A stretch of 63,929 nucleotides of DNA, counting the filler, from Elsinoe ampelina (Eukaryota), in the NCBI GenBank assembly GCA_010093995.1. It is 3 parts of 3 records of this genome, joined end to end, with 100 filler letters (N's around TTAATTAATTAA, not from the genome) between each part and the next. Parts side by side here need not be neighbours in the genome. Positions count along the whole stretch, not along the records: positions 1 to 31,288 come from ML992553.1; positions 31,389 to 60,805 come from ML992554.1; 1 more part is not named here. The stretch is one strand, 5' to 3'. The notes beneath the pieces are model-generated. The model was given only the letters and a program-made list of their open reading frames with translations. It did not search any database and had not been told where the DNA came from. A program made the position numbers and the translations under genes. Positions 24,631 to 36,770 of the stretch are shown here, one piece after another (within the stretch, counting starts at the first letter, position 1; every line of letters starts with the position of its first letter).

Positions 24631-24887
24631 GTAGTGTGTATTTATGGCGTGGTGCGCCGTGGAGCGATGAGCGATGCATGAAGCTACTTTTGGTCTACTC
24701 TTTCGGTCCTGTCCTCGCGTGATCTCCTATGAGCCACGCGCTGCGCTGCCTGTCGATGCGAGAGGTATATCCCGTCGACACTGTTGACCAGCTTCACGGC
24801 CTTGCAGTGTCTTGGATTACACCTCATGGCCGGCGTGAGCTTCCCCTTTGCATGAAGCCATTATGCATGACGCATTCCTGTCGCCCT

Positions 24888-26122
24888 TCATCTCTGCAAC
24901 TCCCCCAACAACAAATTCTTATCCGTCGACGCCGTCAGAATCAACGGCATGTCATTCGGCGCAAACCGCACATCATTCACCGCCCCCTTATGCCCAGGCA
25001 GCTTATGCAGCAGCTTACCCGACGACGCCTCCCACACCACCGCGCTCCGATCCCCGCTGCCAGCCGCTATCCTCTTCCCGTCCGTATCCCATACCGCCTT
25101 CAGCAAGTTCTTCTCCATCCCCGTCGGCGCGCCGTCGTATTTCCGCACCTCCCTGCTCTTGGGCGCAAAGGGTCGCACGTCCCACGTCCGTACTGTGCTG
25201 TCGTGTGAGTTTGATAGGAGAGTCTGCGAGTCGGGGGATAGTTGGAGGGAGGTGATGGTGTCGTTGTGTCCGCTGAGGGTGTAGACTGTGGACTTTTTTC
25301 GGAGGTCCCAGACTCGTATATCGTTGTCGATGCCGCCGGTGAAGAGCTCGTTGCCGGCTTCGGCTACGGCGACTGCTGTGACGGGGAAGGAGGTCTCGAG
25401 GAAGTCGACGGCGGCTTTTTGTCGTGGGTCCCATAACCCTATGTAGCCGTCGTCGGAGCCGCTGATGAGGAATTCTTCGCCGCGCTTGCTGATGTCCATG
25501 CAATTGATCACTTCTTCATGTCCGGGGTGTTTTCGTATCCGTTGGCCTGTTTCGATGTCCCAGCTTGCTAGGTGCATATCGGCGGAGGCGGAGAAGATGA
25601 TTTTGGAATCGCGAGACCATTGTAGGTCCAGGACGGCACCTTTGTGACCTGTGAGGATGCCGTAGTTTTCGCATGCGCCGGAGCTGCGCCAGAGTACTGG
25701 AAGAGTCAGAAAGAGACCAATGGCTAGACTGGAGTACATGCTCACGTATGTCTCTGTCCATGGATCCTGATGCTATGTGCTGTCCGCTGGGGTCGAACCT
25801 TGCTGCGAAGACCTCACCGCTGTGTCCTGTACATGATAAGTCGTGGATTCGTGTAATTGGCGACTGGACCCCTCACCTGTCAATTCCATGACTGGAGATT
25901 CTAATCCGGTCGGTCTGTTCCCCTACACAGACACAGAAATCAGCCATGCTCCTTCGTATGTCGTTCAGCACTTTTGGCCTCTGGCAACTTGACGTAAAGA
26001 AAACTCACCCCCTTGATCAGCGCATTGCTGGGCCCATTCCTTATATCATTGTCCGACTTCTGCCTCTTTACAATTTGCCCGGAGCTGAAGGAGCTCGAGG
26101 CGGCTCTCTTTTCGGCGGACAT
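24888..26122 (-). CDS. SNRNP40: U5 snRNP 40-kDa WD40 protein (Spf38/Cwf17)
   Basis: MSAEKR start, PVMELT|GHSGEVF..RFDPSGQHIASGSMDR, ENYGILTGHKGAVLDLQWSRDS, YKLPGH-like HKLPGHKGAVNDVRF. Three 5' introns. Confidence 0.92.
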
Positions 26123-26474
26123 GGTGGCCGTGGCGCACACTCAGTATTTGTGTAGTACGAAGGCGGATCCCGGAGAGAAAGTGCGTCACGTCGGTGGACG
26201 TGGGCGGCAATGCTGGAAGTTGTAAATGGCGTCTTATGTCAGGGAGCTTTTTTTCTGGCGCATGCTTCGAAGGTGCGGGATGGTCCGTTGATCTCGCAGA
26301 GCCGCATTGCATGCCAAACAGTGAGGAAGCAACCGGTTCCTTTGACCATTCCTCTGCCCCTCCATCCACATCGCAATTCTTCGGCAATCAGACAGTCCCT
26401 GTCCAATCGGACTATCAAGAGAAGGACGTCTAGATATTCTTTCATATACTAAGTCTTGATCTACTGTCCGGCTT

Positions 26475-27191
26475 ATGGCATCGGCCAAAGCAGCTCGCTT
26501 GGGTGAAGAGTGAGTGGTACATGAACGGCAAATTATCATTCACTAATTACTGCAGAGTATGGAAGTATGACTAGAGCGTAATCGCACGCAGGTACATCAA
26601 TTGACAACAGTAGATCACGAGTGGACAAGGTCAATGCTGAGCTGGTCACACTGACATATGGTACCGTGGTGGCGCAATTATGTAAAGACTTCAACAGCGA
26701 CTATGTCGAAGTGAACAAGCAACTCGACAAGATGGGCTACAACATTGGCATACGACTGATAGAAGACTACTTGGCCAAGTCGAATACTGGAGCGTGTGCG
26801 AATCTACGGGAGACGGCGGAAATGATATCCAAGGTCGGATTCAAAATCTTTCTCAATGTCACGCCGTCGATAACGAACTGGTCGAGCGACGGCAAATCAT
26901 TCACCTTGACGTTCGAGGAGAACCCGCTGGCCGACTTTGTGGAATTGCCCGATGATGGAAAGGCGCAGGATGAGCTGTGGTATTCAAATATCCTGGTAGG
27001 AGTACTGCGGGGCGCATTGGAAATGGTGAGGCTGGTAGTCGGCGATGCCATTCATGGCTGACAGGATCCAGGTCCAGATGCAGGTTGAGGCTCAATTTGT
27101 GAGCGACGTTCTGCGGGGAAATGACACGACCGAGATGAGAGTGACGCTCATCAGATACATTGAGGACGAGTTACCACCAGATGATGAGTGA
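26475..27191 (+). CDS. BET3: TRAPP complex subunit Bet3
   Basis: [31 protein letters not shown]...[17 protein letters not shown]...[31 protein letters not shown]. Three introns, one 9-nt exon. Confidence 0.96.
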
Positions 27192-28416
27192 ACAGAGCAA
27201 ATGTACAGAACGACCATCATTCTTCATCATACAAGGACGAGGATGAATTTCGGCCATGGACCGACGGATCTGAGGTCAAAGCTCTTTAGCTCCGTGGTCT
27301 GTCTCCCCACCGGCGCTCGGACTTGGTGCAGGCACGGCAGGAAGGGAGCGATGAGGTGAGAGAGAATGATTGCTCTTGTATGGCAGAGCGTCAAGGCTGA
27401 CCGTCATGCACGACGGTCAAAGACGAATAATGCCCTGAAGATCAAATGCCCCAGCGATCTGAAACATGGACGGGTACAAAAGCGCGCTTATCGCGCTTAG
27501 AGTAGTTCGCAGGCAATGCAGCATTGAGTGAGCAACGGCCATTTAGATTGTAAGAGGGGGTCTTGTTACACACGTATTCGATTTCGATTTGCAAAGGAAA
27601 TGAAATGGTGTGCGAAAAAGGTGCAGACTACTGTCACGGATTCACCAAAATGGACGTGATCGAAGCCGATAAGACGATCGGATTGGAGGGAAGGTACATC
27701 GCGTGTAATATCTTGGCAGGGAATGGGCCAGAGTTCCGTTCACAGGTTCAGGTTCGTCCCAAGTCCCTCTCTCAGATTGGGAGTGTTCCGTCGTTGCTCC
27801 ACAACCTGCCACCACGCCAGTTTTTGGCCCATTCGACCTACACCAACGCCAGCACTTCGGCTTCACCCTCGTCGCCGCCACTGGTTCTATTTCTCGACAT
27901 TTCTCGCTTTGCTGCGTCGCCTCAGCACGGCTTTGCGCATCATCGCATTGAAGCCCTCTCTTCACCATTATCCCAGTTGAGGGATCCACTGTCGGCGCTG
28001 ATCCCTCTGAGCTCTGTGCTTTTCTCTCCACCCTCCTACACCACCATCCTCGCCCTCGACACGTTTCGCGATATACTGCAACACTCCTTCACTGGACATC
28101 TCAGTATTCAAACGCGACCGGTCACGCTCCGTGCGACGTGCAAATCCTGTCAGATTGCTGCGCAATCGATTCTTTCTCTTCTCCCGCCAAGCCGTTGACG
28201 TCCAAATAACCCTCCTTCGGCTCCTCAGCGATTGACCCGTCGCGCATCATCAGATCCACCTTCCAATATCCACTCACCTTTTCCATTGCGCTCCACCGAC
28301 TCGACAAAGAGACGCGATTACATCGACGTGACCGCCATCGCATTGAAGCGGCCATAGCTGCGAGCCCCCATCGGCTCTCGACCGCAGCCACCGAGAGATA
28401 GGGTCTAGCGGGCAAA

Positions 28417-30767
28417 ATGAATAATCTCGGTGGAATGGGAGGTCCTCCTGGACAGCAGCAGATGATGAATGCCGGAACACCTGGCGCATCGCCGCCAAGC
28501 AGTACCATGGACAATAAGAAGCGTCTAAATACTTACATCTACGACTACTTTCTCCGCAACGGCATGTTCGATCTGGCCCGACAACTACTCGCAAAAGAAG
28601 ACATCGAACTGCAAGAGAAGCCGAGTCCAAACCGCAAAGATGTCAACGGTGTGACTGATGGAGATGGCGATTCAAAGGACGACATTCCAGGCAAACCCGC
28701 CGATCTCCCCAAAGCCAACGTCCCAAGTGAGGTCAACAGCGCGTTCCTGCTCGACTGGTGGGCCATGTTCTGGGACGTGTGGATTAGTGGTCGCTCAAGA
28801 GGTCATTCGGCGACCAGAAACTACGTACATCATGTTCAGGTATGGACTGTTGTCATTGTCTACATATCCAGCTTGCTGATTTAGCATCTAGAATCGCAAC
28901 GCCGCCGACCGACAGAGGATGATGATCAACCCTCAAATGCAAAACAATATGGCGCGTAACATGATGCCGAACGGTGTGCCGGACAACATGAGAAAAATGA
29001 TGATGCAAGGCAATCGTCCTCAGTAAGAGCAGAGTGATACGGTCAAAGAGATCCAGTATTAATACCGTACAGAAACCCTCAGCAGCTTCAACAGATGCAG
29101 AGAATGATGGCACAAGGCCAGATGCAACGAGAAGGCTCTGGAATGGAGATGAATGGTCAGCAACGACCTCAGACTCCGGGATCCGGAGATGCCTCGCGTT
29201 CACCAAAGCGTCAGCGAATGGATGAAGGGGCTTTCAATGGGCAAATGCCTCCCATGGGCCGTGGTCAGAACCCTGGCATGCCGAATCCAGCTGTGAGTGA
29301 CCCGCCTCTAAGCCTCCTAAAGACCCACACTGACAATACTCAGATGGGTCAGATGCAAATGCCGAATCCCAACGCAAAGCCCATGCAGGTATATGCCAAT
29401 TCCATGCGACAGCAGATGCAGAACGCCATGGAATCTGACGGTCAGAAGGGCATGCCAAATCCAAACGGTCTTCCACAAGGTTCTCCGGCACTGGACGGCA
29501 ATGGAGAGTTCTTTGCTAACAACGTCCGAGGTCTGCAACAAGGCGCTCCTACCGGCAACTCCAACCATGCTCTTCAGGATTATCAGATGCAATTAATGCT
29601 ATTGGAGCAACAGAACAAGAAACGGCTACTCATGGCACGTCAAGAACAAGACGCCACCGTCGCGAACGGTCCAGGCGGACCTATGCCAGGTCAGCAAGGT
29701 TCTGCACCTGCCATGTCACCATCCAACAGCCGAGCAGGCCCATCGCCGAATCCAGACAAGATGGATCGTGGCACGCCAAAGATGCCACCCGGTGGCATCC
29801 CTCCCCAGGGCTTGGACGGCATGCCTGGCAGAGGCTCACCTGCACCTGGTGGATTCGATCCCAACCAGATGAATCCGAATGTACCACCGCAGTTTATGAA
29901 GGTGCCTGGCATGATGGGACCGAACGGACAGATGATGCCTGCTGCCACTTCTCATCCTGCTTTCAATGGACAGATGAACGGACAAATGACGCCACAGCAG
30001 ATGATGGAAATGAGAGCACAAGCGGCTGGCAGACCAAATGGACCGTGGCAAGGTGGACCACCACCGAACATGATGCCTGGACAACAGCAGCCGCCACCGA
30101 ACATGAACACGCCTATGCAGAGGAACATGCCTCCTCCGCCCGCGCCAGCTACTGGAGACGGCAACAACAGGACACAGCCCTCGTCGCCGTCACAATCAAA
30201 CGCCGCGCCACCAACACCATCACAATCCAACAAGCCAAATCCAAAAGGAAAGAAGGATGGCAAGAACAAGGTATGTCGTTTTTCTACTTACACCTTTCGC
30301 CGTGCTAACAATCATAGAAAAATCAAGGGAAGAAGGGCGCTACAACAGATGCTACGCCGGCATCAGAAGCAGGAGATCAACCTCCCACACCGACGCCTGC
30401 CCCGCCGATCACACCTACCGCCCCTGGTCAGCCATTCCAGAAGAACCAGCCAGGGCAGCAACCACCTCCAGGTCAGCCCAATGTGGGAGCCAACCAAGGA
30501 CAGCCAGATCTCGGCGGCGGTCCATTTGGTGGCTCCATGGACGGCAACGATGTAAGCATATTCGTTGAACACAGTATCTACGCAGACACTAATTACATAC
30601 AGCTCGGTTTCGGCGGCATGGACTTTGGCGGTCTCGACGGCCAGGACGTCCTGGAGAACTTCGACTTCGACTCGTTCCTCAACAATAACGACGAAGGTGG
30701 TGCATTCTCCTTTGATGCCAATATGACTTTCGGAGATGGCGGTCTAGAAGCCGGCGGTGATGTGTGA
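28417..30767 (+). CDS. som1: LisH/LUFS transcriptional regulator Som1/Flo8-like (cAMP-PKA pathway)
   Basis: LNTYIYDYFLR LisH, FLLDWW..FWD, NHALQDYQMQLMLLEQQNKKRLLMARQE and C-terminal DVLENFDFDSFL. Multiple short introns. Confidence 0.9.
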
Positions 30768-31249
30768 GCACCACTATCAACCCTGGACTTCTACCGAGAC
30801 ACGCTGCCTATGAATGCCCGCGACTGGTCATCAGTCGAGTCGAGTCCGAAGACGTGGTTGACGATACCACCGTGATCAAGACCTGCGGTCGCTGCAACTA
30901 CTGTGTGCACCAAACTACCGCAGCATCGCACTTATGGTCTCGTCCTTCCAACCTCTGATCTTGCTAACATTGCCCCACCAAACACCTATCCACTATCACT
31001 GTATATTATCCGCGCGCCACATCACCACCTTTCTATCAAGCCAGTCAAAAGCATCTATATACCCCCCCTCATACGTCACCTGGTCGTTCTCACTCCCGCT
31101 TTTCCTTTCCTGATGATCTCCACGAACGAAAGCATGTCTGTCGCGAGGTCAAAATCGAGTTTTCTCTTATAGTCACACTTTTCTGGGTACATACCGCTCA
31201 CTTGCTTGGATTTGGGGGAATGTGGTGTGAGAGAGAAGGAGAGACAGAC

Positions 31250-31254
<5 letters not shown>

Positions 31255-31288
<34 letters not shown>
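31255..31288 (+). repeat. (GA)n microsatellite, truncated by the gap
   Basis: At least 17 GA units, preceded by (GACA)3, running into Ns. Confidence 0.95.
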
Positions 31289-31388
31289 NNNNNNNNNNNN
31301 NNNNNNNNNNNNNNNNNNNNNNNNNNNNNNNNTTAATTAATTAANNNNNNNNNNNNNNNNNNNNNNNNNNNNNNNNNNNNNNNNNNNN
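31289..31388. other. Artificial contig-join spacer
   Basis: 44 N + TTAATTAATTAA (stops in all six frames) + 44 N = 100 bp. An identical spacer occurs at 60806-60905. Confidence 0.95.
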
Positions 31389-31857
31389 TTTAGTTATTTA
31401 TAGCTAATAAATAGTAGCTATTATACATTTATAGAAATAAATCTATAGTAGATATCTTAATTACGTTCTACTTAATATACTAAGTAACTAGTCTTTTACG
31501 CTTTATACTGCCTTTACTAATCTATCTAGGATTAAGATAATAGAGGGGAAATAGAGGAGAATACTAATAGAATCCGGTCTAATTTTAATAATATAGATAC
31601 TTAACTACGGTATATATAATTCTATACTTATACTATCGCTCCGGGCTTATAATCTATTAAGTAGAAGACATATTTAGAGGTAGAATATTATATAGAACTA
31701 ATTATATACTAGTTAGATAATAGATAAATTAATTAATTAAAAGAAGTCTATCTACTAGAAGAAAGAATAGCTATAAATCCCTAGGCCTTAGTATTATATA
31801 ACTTAAGATTATATAACTTTATAGCTTAATTATCTAGAGAGAGCTATATTCTTAATA
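31389..31857 (-). mobile_element. RIP-inactivated Copia family B, 5' LTR (31655-31857) + PBS + leader
   Basis: Reverse complement of 60274-60741. LTR ends TATTAAG...CTTAATA (RIP of TGTTAAG...CTTAACA). PBS at 31641-31654. Confidence 0.87.
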
Positions 31858-32708
31858 TTCCTTTGCTATTTCCTAACCTAATACTTACTAGATCGCTATA
31901 AATAAGAAGACCTCTATCTAACTTATTATATAAACTACTATATTATATATTATCTCTCTTACTTCTCTTATTATCTAACTTTACTATCTAGTCCTAATAA
32001 AGTGTTCTCCTTTATATACTATTTCTTTAATAATAGCGTATTTATAGAGGTATCTATAAGAGAGTAGATTATCTAGGTTAAGGCTAACTAGGATTATTAT
32101 ACCTAAAGGAGTTAGCTTATAGGTCTTCTTATAATAGAGATACTTTAGTAGATATTTACTACCGAAGTTAGAACAAGAATTATTAAGAATATATACTACT
32201 TACTTTCTAGACTTTCTTTAGAATCTTGCTCTAAATAAGTCTTCTATAGTTATTCTAGTTAGATAAGCAATAGGTCCCTATTAGGCCTTATACTAATCTA
32301 TACTTCTTTGTTGTCTATGTATAGTTAGCTAGTATAGCTAGGAATTAAACCGTAGGCCTTACGTAGTAGATGCTATCTAATAGACTTAATTAAAGTAATT
32401 GTTTTATTTATTAAGATATAGAATATATATAGACATAGCGAAAGATCTATAACTTGTTAGCTATAGCTATTACACTATAAGCCCGGGTCTAACTCTAGTA
32501 AAAGAATATATATACTAAATAACATATATACCCTATACCTTTTTAAAGCGTTAGAAACGAAGAAGAATTGGTAAAGTTATAAAAAATGACCATTTAGAGT
32601 TTTGATATGCGGCTGATCCCGCACTTCCCCGCAATTCTAGGCCTTAACGAGTTAGAGGGGGCACCGGATAAAATTTTTGGGGGCACCGAATAACAATGGC
32701 CCACACCC
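31858..32708 (-). mobile_element. RIP-degraded repeat, probably the end of a Mutator-like DNA transposon
   Basis: TpA-rich, CpA-poor tract. It ends in a GC-rich terminus (minus strand GGGTGTGGGCCATTGTTATTCGGTGCCCCC) with a duplicated motif GGGGGCACCGRATAA (32657-32671, 32679-32693), as in sub-repeated fungal TIRs. The partner TIR is not visible. Confidence 0.4.
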
Positions 32709-33300
32709 GAGAGCCGAATTCAGACAGATACGATGGTCTGGCAGTCTGGGCTATGAGATGCTGTGGGTGTTCGGACTTGTATATGGACTGTGGCTGTTGC
32801 ATATTTGGCGAGTCTAAATAGGAGAATACCGACATTGGGGGCAGACATGGCCAATGGTGAAGAAAGATGGTGGACTTTGCTTCACCGGGGGTTGAGGGGT
32901 TGCAATGACTGTCGTTGGCGGGTTCCGGTTACACAAATGTCGAATGTATGCCCATCCCGGAAATTGAGCTTGGTCTGCAAAGAGACTGAAGGATCCCACA
33001 GGAAAGAGCGGCAAATATGCTGTGTGTTGGATCAAGTCCTAAGTTTGATCAGTGTATTCCCTGCAGATCGAAGGAAAATCCCAGAAGGCGAGTGCAGACG
33101 TCCTCTCTATGATCCCCGTGACTCAAAAAAGCACGTGATCTGCGGCTGGTCGAGTCATGGTGCTGCAGATTTTGAGAGTCATGTTTAGATTCCTGGAAGC
33201 TGTGCCTGACACATGCGTTCATCTCCAACCTGAACCGTCCGATTCGCGCGTGGTCTTTTCAACAGAACGCCACTTTACATTCTTCGTCAAGCGACCGCCC

Positions 33301-34495
33301 ATGCCTCCGAAGAGATCAAGCGCGAGGGTCTCTGAAGCCTCACCCAGCGCATCTCGCGCCAGTGCTCGTCAAACAGCCACGGCGAATGCAGGGAAGCCCT
33401 CGATCCGCCTAACCGTCAAGGCACAGCCCAGCAAGCTCCGCCAGGCATTGAGCGGTGATGATTTGCCTCCATACCCATACTCGGAAGAAATCGAATCGCC
33501 TGAGCCTCCGATACGCAATGCCCGATCTACCAGAAATCCGAAAGTGGTGATAGATCCGGACAGCGATGAAGAGATGGACGACGCTGAGGCCGAGGATGAC
33601 GAAGACGGTCAAGACAATGGCGACGAAGATGGAGAGGACGATCAGGATGATGAGGAGGACGAGGACGAAGATGAGGATGATGCCGAGGGGGAGGAAGATG
33701 ACGAGGAGGACGCGGAGGCTGATGATGATGAAGATTCAGATATGGAAGACGCACAAGGAGATGTGACCATGGCCGAATCACCCCATCCACCACCTCCAAT
33801 CATCAAAACGTCAAAAGGTCCCGGAGGAAAGGCCAAGATTGACATTAAGGTCACGGCGCCGGCAGGAGGCGCACTCAAGTCGGTCGAGGCCAAGGAGGAA
33901 GAGCTCGATGATCTTTCTGACCTCGGGTCCGATGAGGAGGACGCGGATGGTGACACGGACGAGGAATTGGACGAGAATGGGGAGCGAGCGGGAACACCGA
34001 ATCTTGAGAAGTTGACCAGGAGACAGAGGGCCGCGTACGAGGAGAATCTAGAAGGAGGACTCATGGCGCTCAGCAACGAGGCGCAGAAGAAGAAGCACCT
34101 GACGGCTGAGGAGCACGCGATGCGCAGAGCTGAAATGGCACGGCGGCGGAAGAACCTCAGCGAGAAGAGAAACGAGGAGGAGAAGGTAGGCAAGACTGAT
34201 CAGAAACGTCTACGTCGCTGACACATGATAGATGGACACGATCAACAAACTTCTCAAGAAGCCAGCTCCAAAACGCAGAACACGCGCGGAGATGATTGCC
34301 GCGGCCAACGCTGCGGAAGCTGGCGAGGACGGTGATGAGTTCTCGGCGGATCCGCTATATGTGCGATGGGTGAACAACTCTGCAGGTTCGAGGATTGGTG
34401 TACCCACAGAGTGGTTGGAAGGAGCGCCGGGTCAAACACTGAGTCAAGGGTGGACGAAACCACCAGAGGCCAAGCTAGTGGAGGAGGTGCAGTAA
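33301..34495 (+). CDS. IES2: INO80 complex subunit Ies2 (PAPA-1 domain)
   Basis: Acidic tract, then LTRRQRA, LTAEEHAMRRAEMARRRKNLSEKRNEEEK, intron 34186-34231, MDTINKLLKKPAPKRR...VRWV. Confidence 0.92.
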
Positions 34496-34588
34496 TTCGT
34501 CGGCAGCATACATCATGAGAACACGAAGTTACGAATCTTTGCTAAAGACACCGCTAAATAGACAGCGTGTACTTCTATGAAACGCCTT

Positions 34589-36538
34589 CTAGCCGCCATC
34601 TGGGTCCAGGTACTCTTTATCTTGCTCATCGGGTATGCTACTACGGTCGTGCTCGTCGTATTCGACCGACTCCATGTCTTCATGCTGGCCATTGGACATG
34701 TTCTGATCGAGGTCGGCTTCAGGTTGACGGATCGAAGGGTTTGGCAATGAGGAGGAGAGGTCATCGATAGACACACGAAGATCCTCTATATATTCTGGTC
34801 GTCCAACTCCATCGGCTCCCTTCTGTGAGCTCTCTGTTGGGGTATCCCTTGGTGAAGCTGATAGCGCCTTCGATTGACTTTCAAGCTGCGTATTGTTCCG
34901 AGACCCATGCACGCGCTCTTCTGATATTTGCCTCCTTGCACCATGATCTTCGGCCAGACCAGGTAAGTCTCGGTCTACTTCGTCTCCCATGTCAGTTTCG
35001 TCCAAGAATTTCCGTCCTCGCAATTTTTCCGGCATGTACTCCTGTACCACTTTCCCATCTCGGTACTGCGGATTGTACTTGTAGCCTTTGCCGTACTCCA
35101 TCTCCTTCATCAGCTTCGTCGGAGCGTTTCTCAGATGTAGTGGGATCGGTAGTCCTGCCACACCCGGCTCATCCAGCGCCGACATGGCGGCCGAGAGTGC
35201 CCTGTAGCTTCTGGTCGATTTTGGTGCCAGACACAATGCTACCGTGCAATGAGCAAGATTGATCCTGCACTCTGGCATTCCGATCTTTTCCGCAGCTTGG
35301 TAAGCCGCTGTGGCTAAAGGAAGAAGAGTATTGTCCGCCAATCCAACATCCTCAGACGCGATGACGACCATTCGCCGAGCCACATACAATGGATCCTCAC
35401 CGGATTTGAGCATCCGAGCCAGGTAGTAAAGAGCAGCATCTGGATCACTGCCTCTGACAGACTTGTGAAAGGCGGAGATGGTATCGTAGTGCTGATCACC
35501 GGCCCTGTCATATACCAAAGTTTTGGTCAGAGAGGACTTGATCTTTTCCAGCGTGATGTCAGCCTGTGAAGAGAGATCAAGGGCGAGAGATAGCAGGTTG
35601 AGGGCTGTGCGGGCATCACCATCCGCGAATGAAGATAGGTACCATAGCAGGTGGTAGTCATTAGATTGGATGAGAGCTCTCCCGTCGGCCGTCGAAGGAG
35701 GTTCTGCTTCCAATGCCCGGCGCAAGATGGTAAAAATGTGCTCGTCTGAAAGTTTGGCGAGGGTGAAGACTCGACAGCGGGAGAGGAGTGCATTGATGAC
35801 CTTGAATGATGGATTCTCGGTAGTAGCACCGATCAATGTAATGACTCCAGCCTCAACCGGTCCTAGAAAGACATCCTGCTGCGACTTGCTGAAGCGATGA
35901 ATTTCATCACAAAAGACGATCGTCTTCCTACCAGTCAGAGCAAGCTCATTCTTCGCCTCTGTGAAAAGCTTCTTGACTTCACCAACGCCCGTCGATGTAC
36001 TGTTGATCTCCACGAAGCGAGTGCCAGCGGTCTGAGCTATGAGTCTGGCAATGGTCGTCTTGCCCGTGCCTGGTCCACCCCAGAGTACCATCGAAGGGAC
36101 TCTGTCAGTCTCGATGAGATTACGAACGATCCCTCCTGGGCCTACCAGCTCTTGTCCGCATACCTCGTCCAGAGTCTTCGGTCGCATACGCTCGGCAAGA
36201 GGTGCCACCTTGTCCACAGGACTCGTCTTCGAACGCTTCAATGGCCTTGAGATGTCACTGTCGGTCTCTGCAGCAACGGTGTGCACAGGTCTTTTGACCG
36301 TCGCAGAAGCATCACCATCCTCATTGGGCTGCAAAATTGCGCCCTTATTGGCTTGTGAGCTTTGCAACCTTTTCGCTGGTGTGTGGAAGAAGCTGGTGGC
36401 TTGAGACGCTCTCGGGGCGGTCGAGACTTGTGTCGGTGGTGGCGATGGCACGTCTACCAGTTCGGCACAGCCAGAATCGATGTGTCGATTGATGTGCACC
36501 TCCTTGACATTTTTGCTGCAGATCGGGCACTCGACCAT
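34589..36538 (-). CDS. MGS1: Mgs1/WRNIP1 AAA+ ATPase with N-terminal UBZ4 zinc finger
   Basis: CPIC...INRHID.C UBZ, PLAERMRP, Walker A GGPGTGKTT, DEIHRF, GATTENPSF, ISAFHKSVRGSD, ASEDVGLAD, IPLHLRNAPT. Confidence 0.96.
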   Translation of the reverse strand: MVECPICSKNVKEVHINRHIDSGCAELVDVPSPPPTQVSTAPRASQATSFFHTPAKRLQSSQANKGAILQPNEDGDASATVKRPVHTVAAETDSDISRPLKRSKTSPVDKVAPLAERMRPKTLDEVCGQELVGPGGIVRNLIETDRVPSMVLWGGPGTGKTTIARLIAQTAGTRFVEINSTSTGVGEVKKLFTEAKNELALTGRKTIVFCDEIHRFSKSQQDVFLGPVEAGVITLIGATTENPSFKVINALLSRCRVFTLAKLSDEHIFTILRRALEAEPPSTADGRALIQSNDYHLLWYLSSFADGDARTALNLLSLALDLSSQADITLEKIKSSLTKTLVYDRAGDQHYDTISAFHKSVRGSDPDAALYYLARMLKSGEDPLYVARRMVVIASEDVGLADNTLLPLATAAYQAAEKIGMPECRINLAHCTVALCLAPKSTRSYRALSAAMSALDEPGVAGLPIPLHLRNAPTKLMKEMEYGKGYKYNPQYRDGKVVQEYMPEKLRGRKFLDETDMGDEVDRDLPGLAEDHGARRQISEERVHGSRNNTQLESQSKALSASPRDTPTESSQKGADGVGRPEYIEDLRVSIDDLSSSLPNPSIRQPEADLDQNMSNGQHEDMESVEYDEHDRSSIPDEQDKEYLDPDGG

Positions 36539-36770
36539 GATTTCTGATGCATTGTGATATATTTATTTATACGCTGGAGGTGGTGTGCGTAGTTGACAGG
36601 TGGAGGTGGCAAGAGAAAAGGTCAGAAACCATCTCGCTTTTTTGATCCTCCCTTGCTCATACAGTATTGGTTAAGCCTGTTGTCCGCATCGATTTCGAAC
36701 AGCGGTACTATATGATTATTTGTGACCGATCTAACATCCAAGACCTGACCAGAGCTCCACTCCCTGCGCA

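Noticed and set aside
31333..31344. Palindromic TTAATTAATTAA within N runs (also 60850-60861)
   Set aside because: Identical 44N-12-44N structure at both gaps with six-frame stops: an assembly linker, not biology.
32476..32490. CTATAAGCCCGGG resembling the Copia PBS
   Set aside because: It lacks the GGTT start and an adjacent LTR end; probably chance.
33157..33300. In-frame upstream extension of IES2 (likewise the GTG extension of PSD1 at 22864 and the XDH extension at 44776)
   Set aside because: No recognisable conserved sequence. The downstream ATGs fit the family N-termini, although this was not tested.
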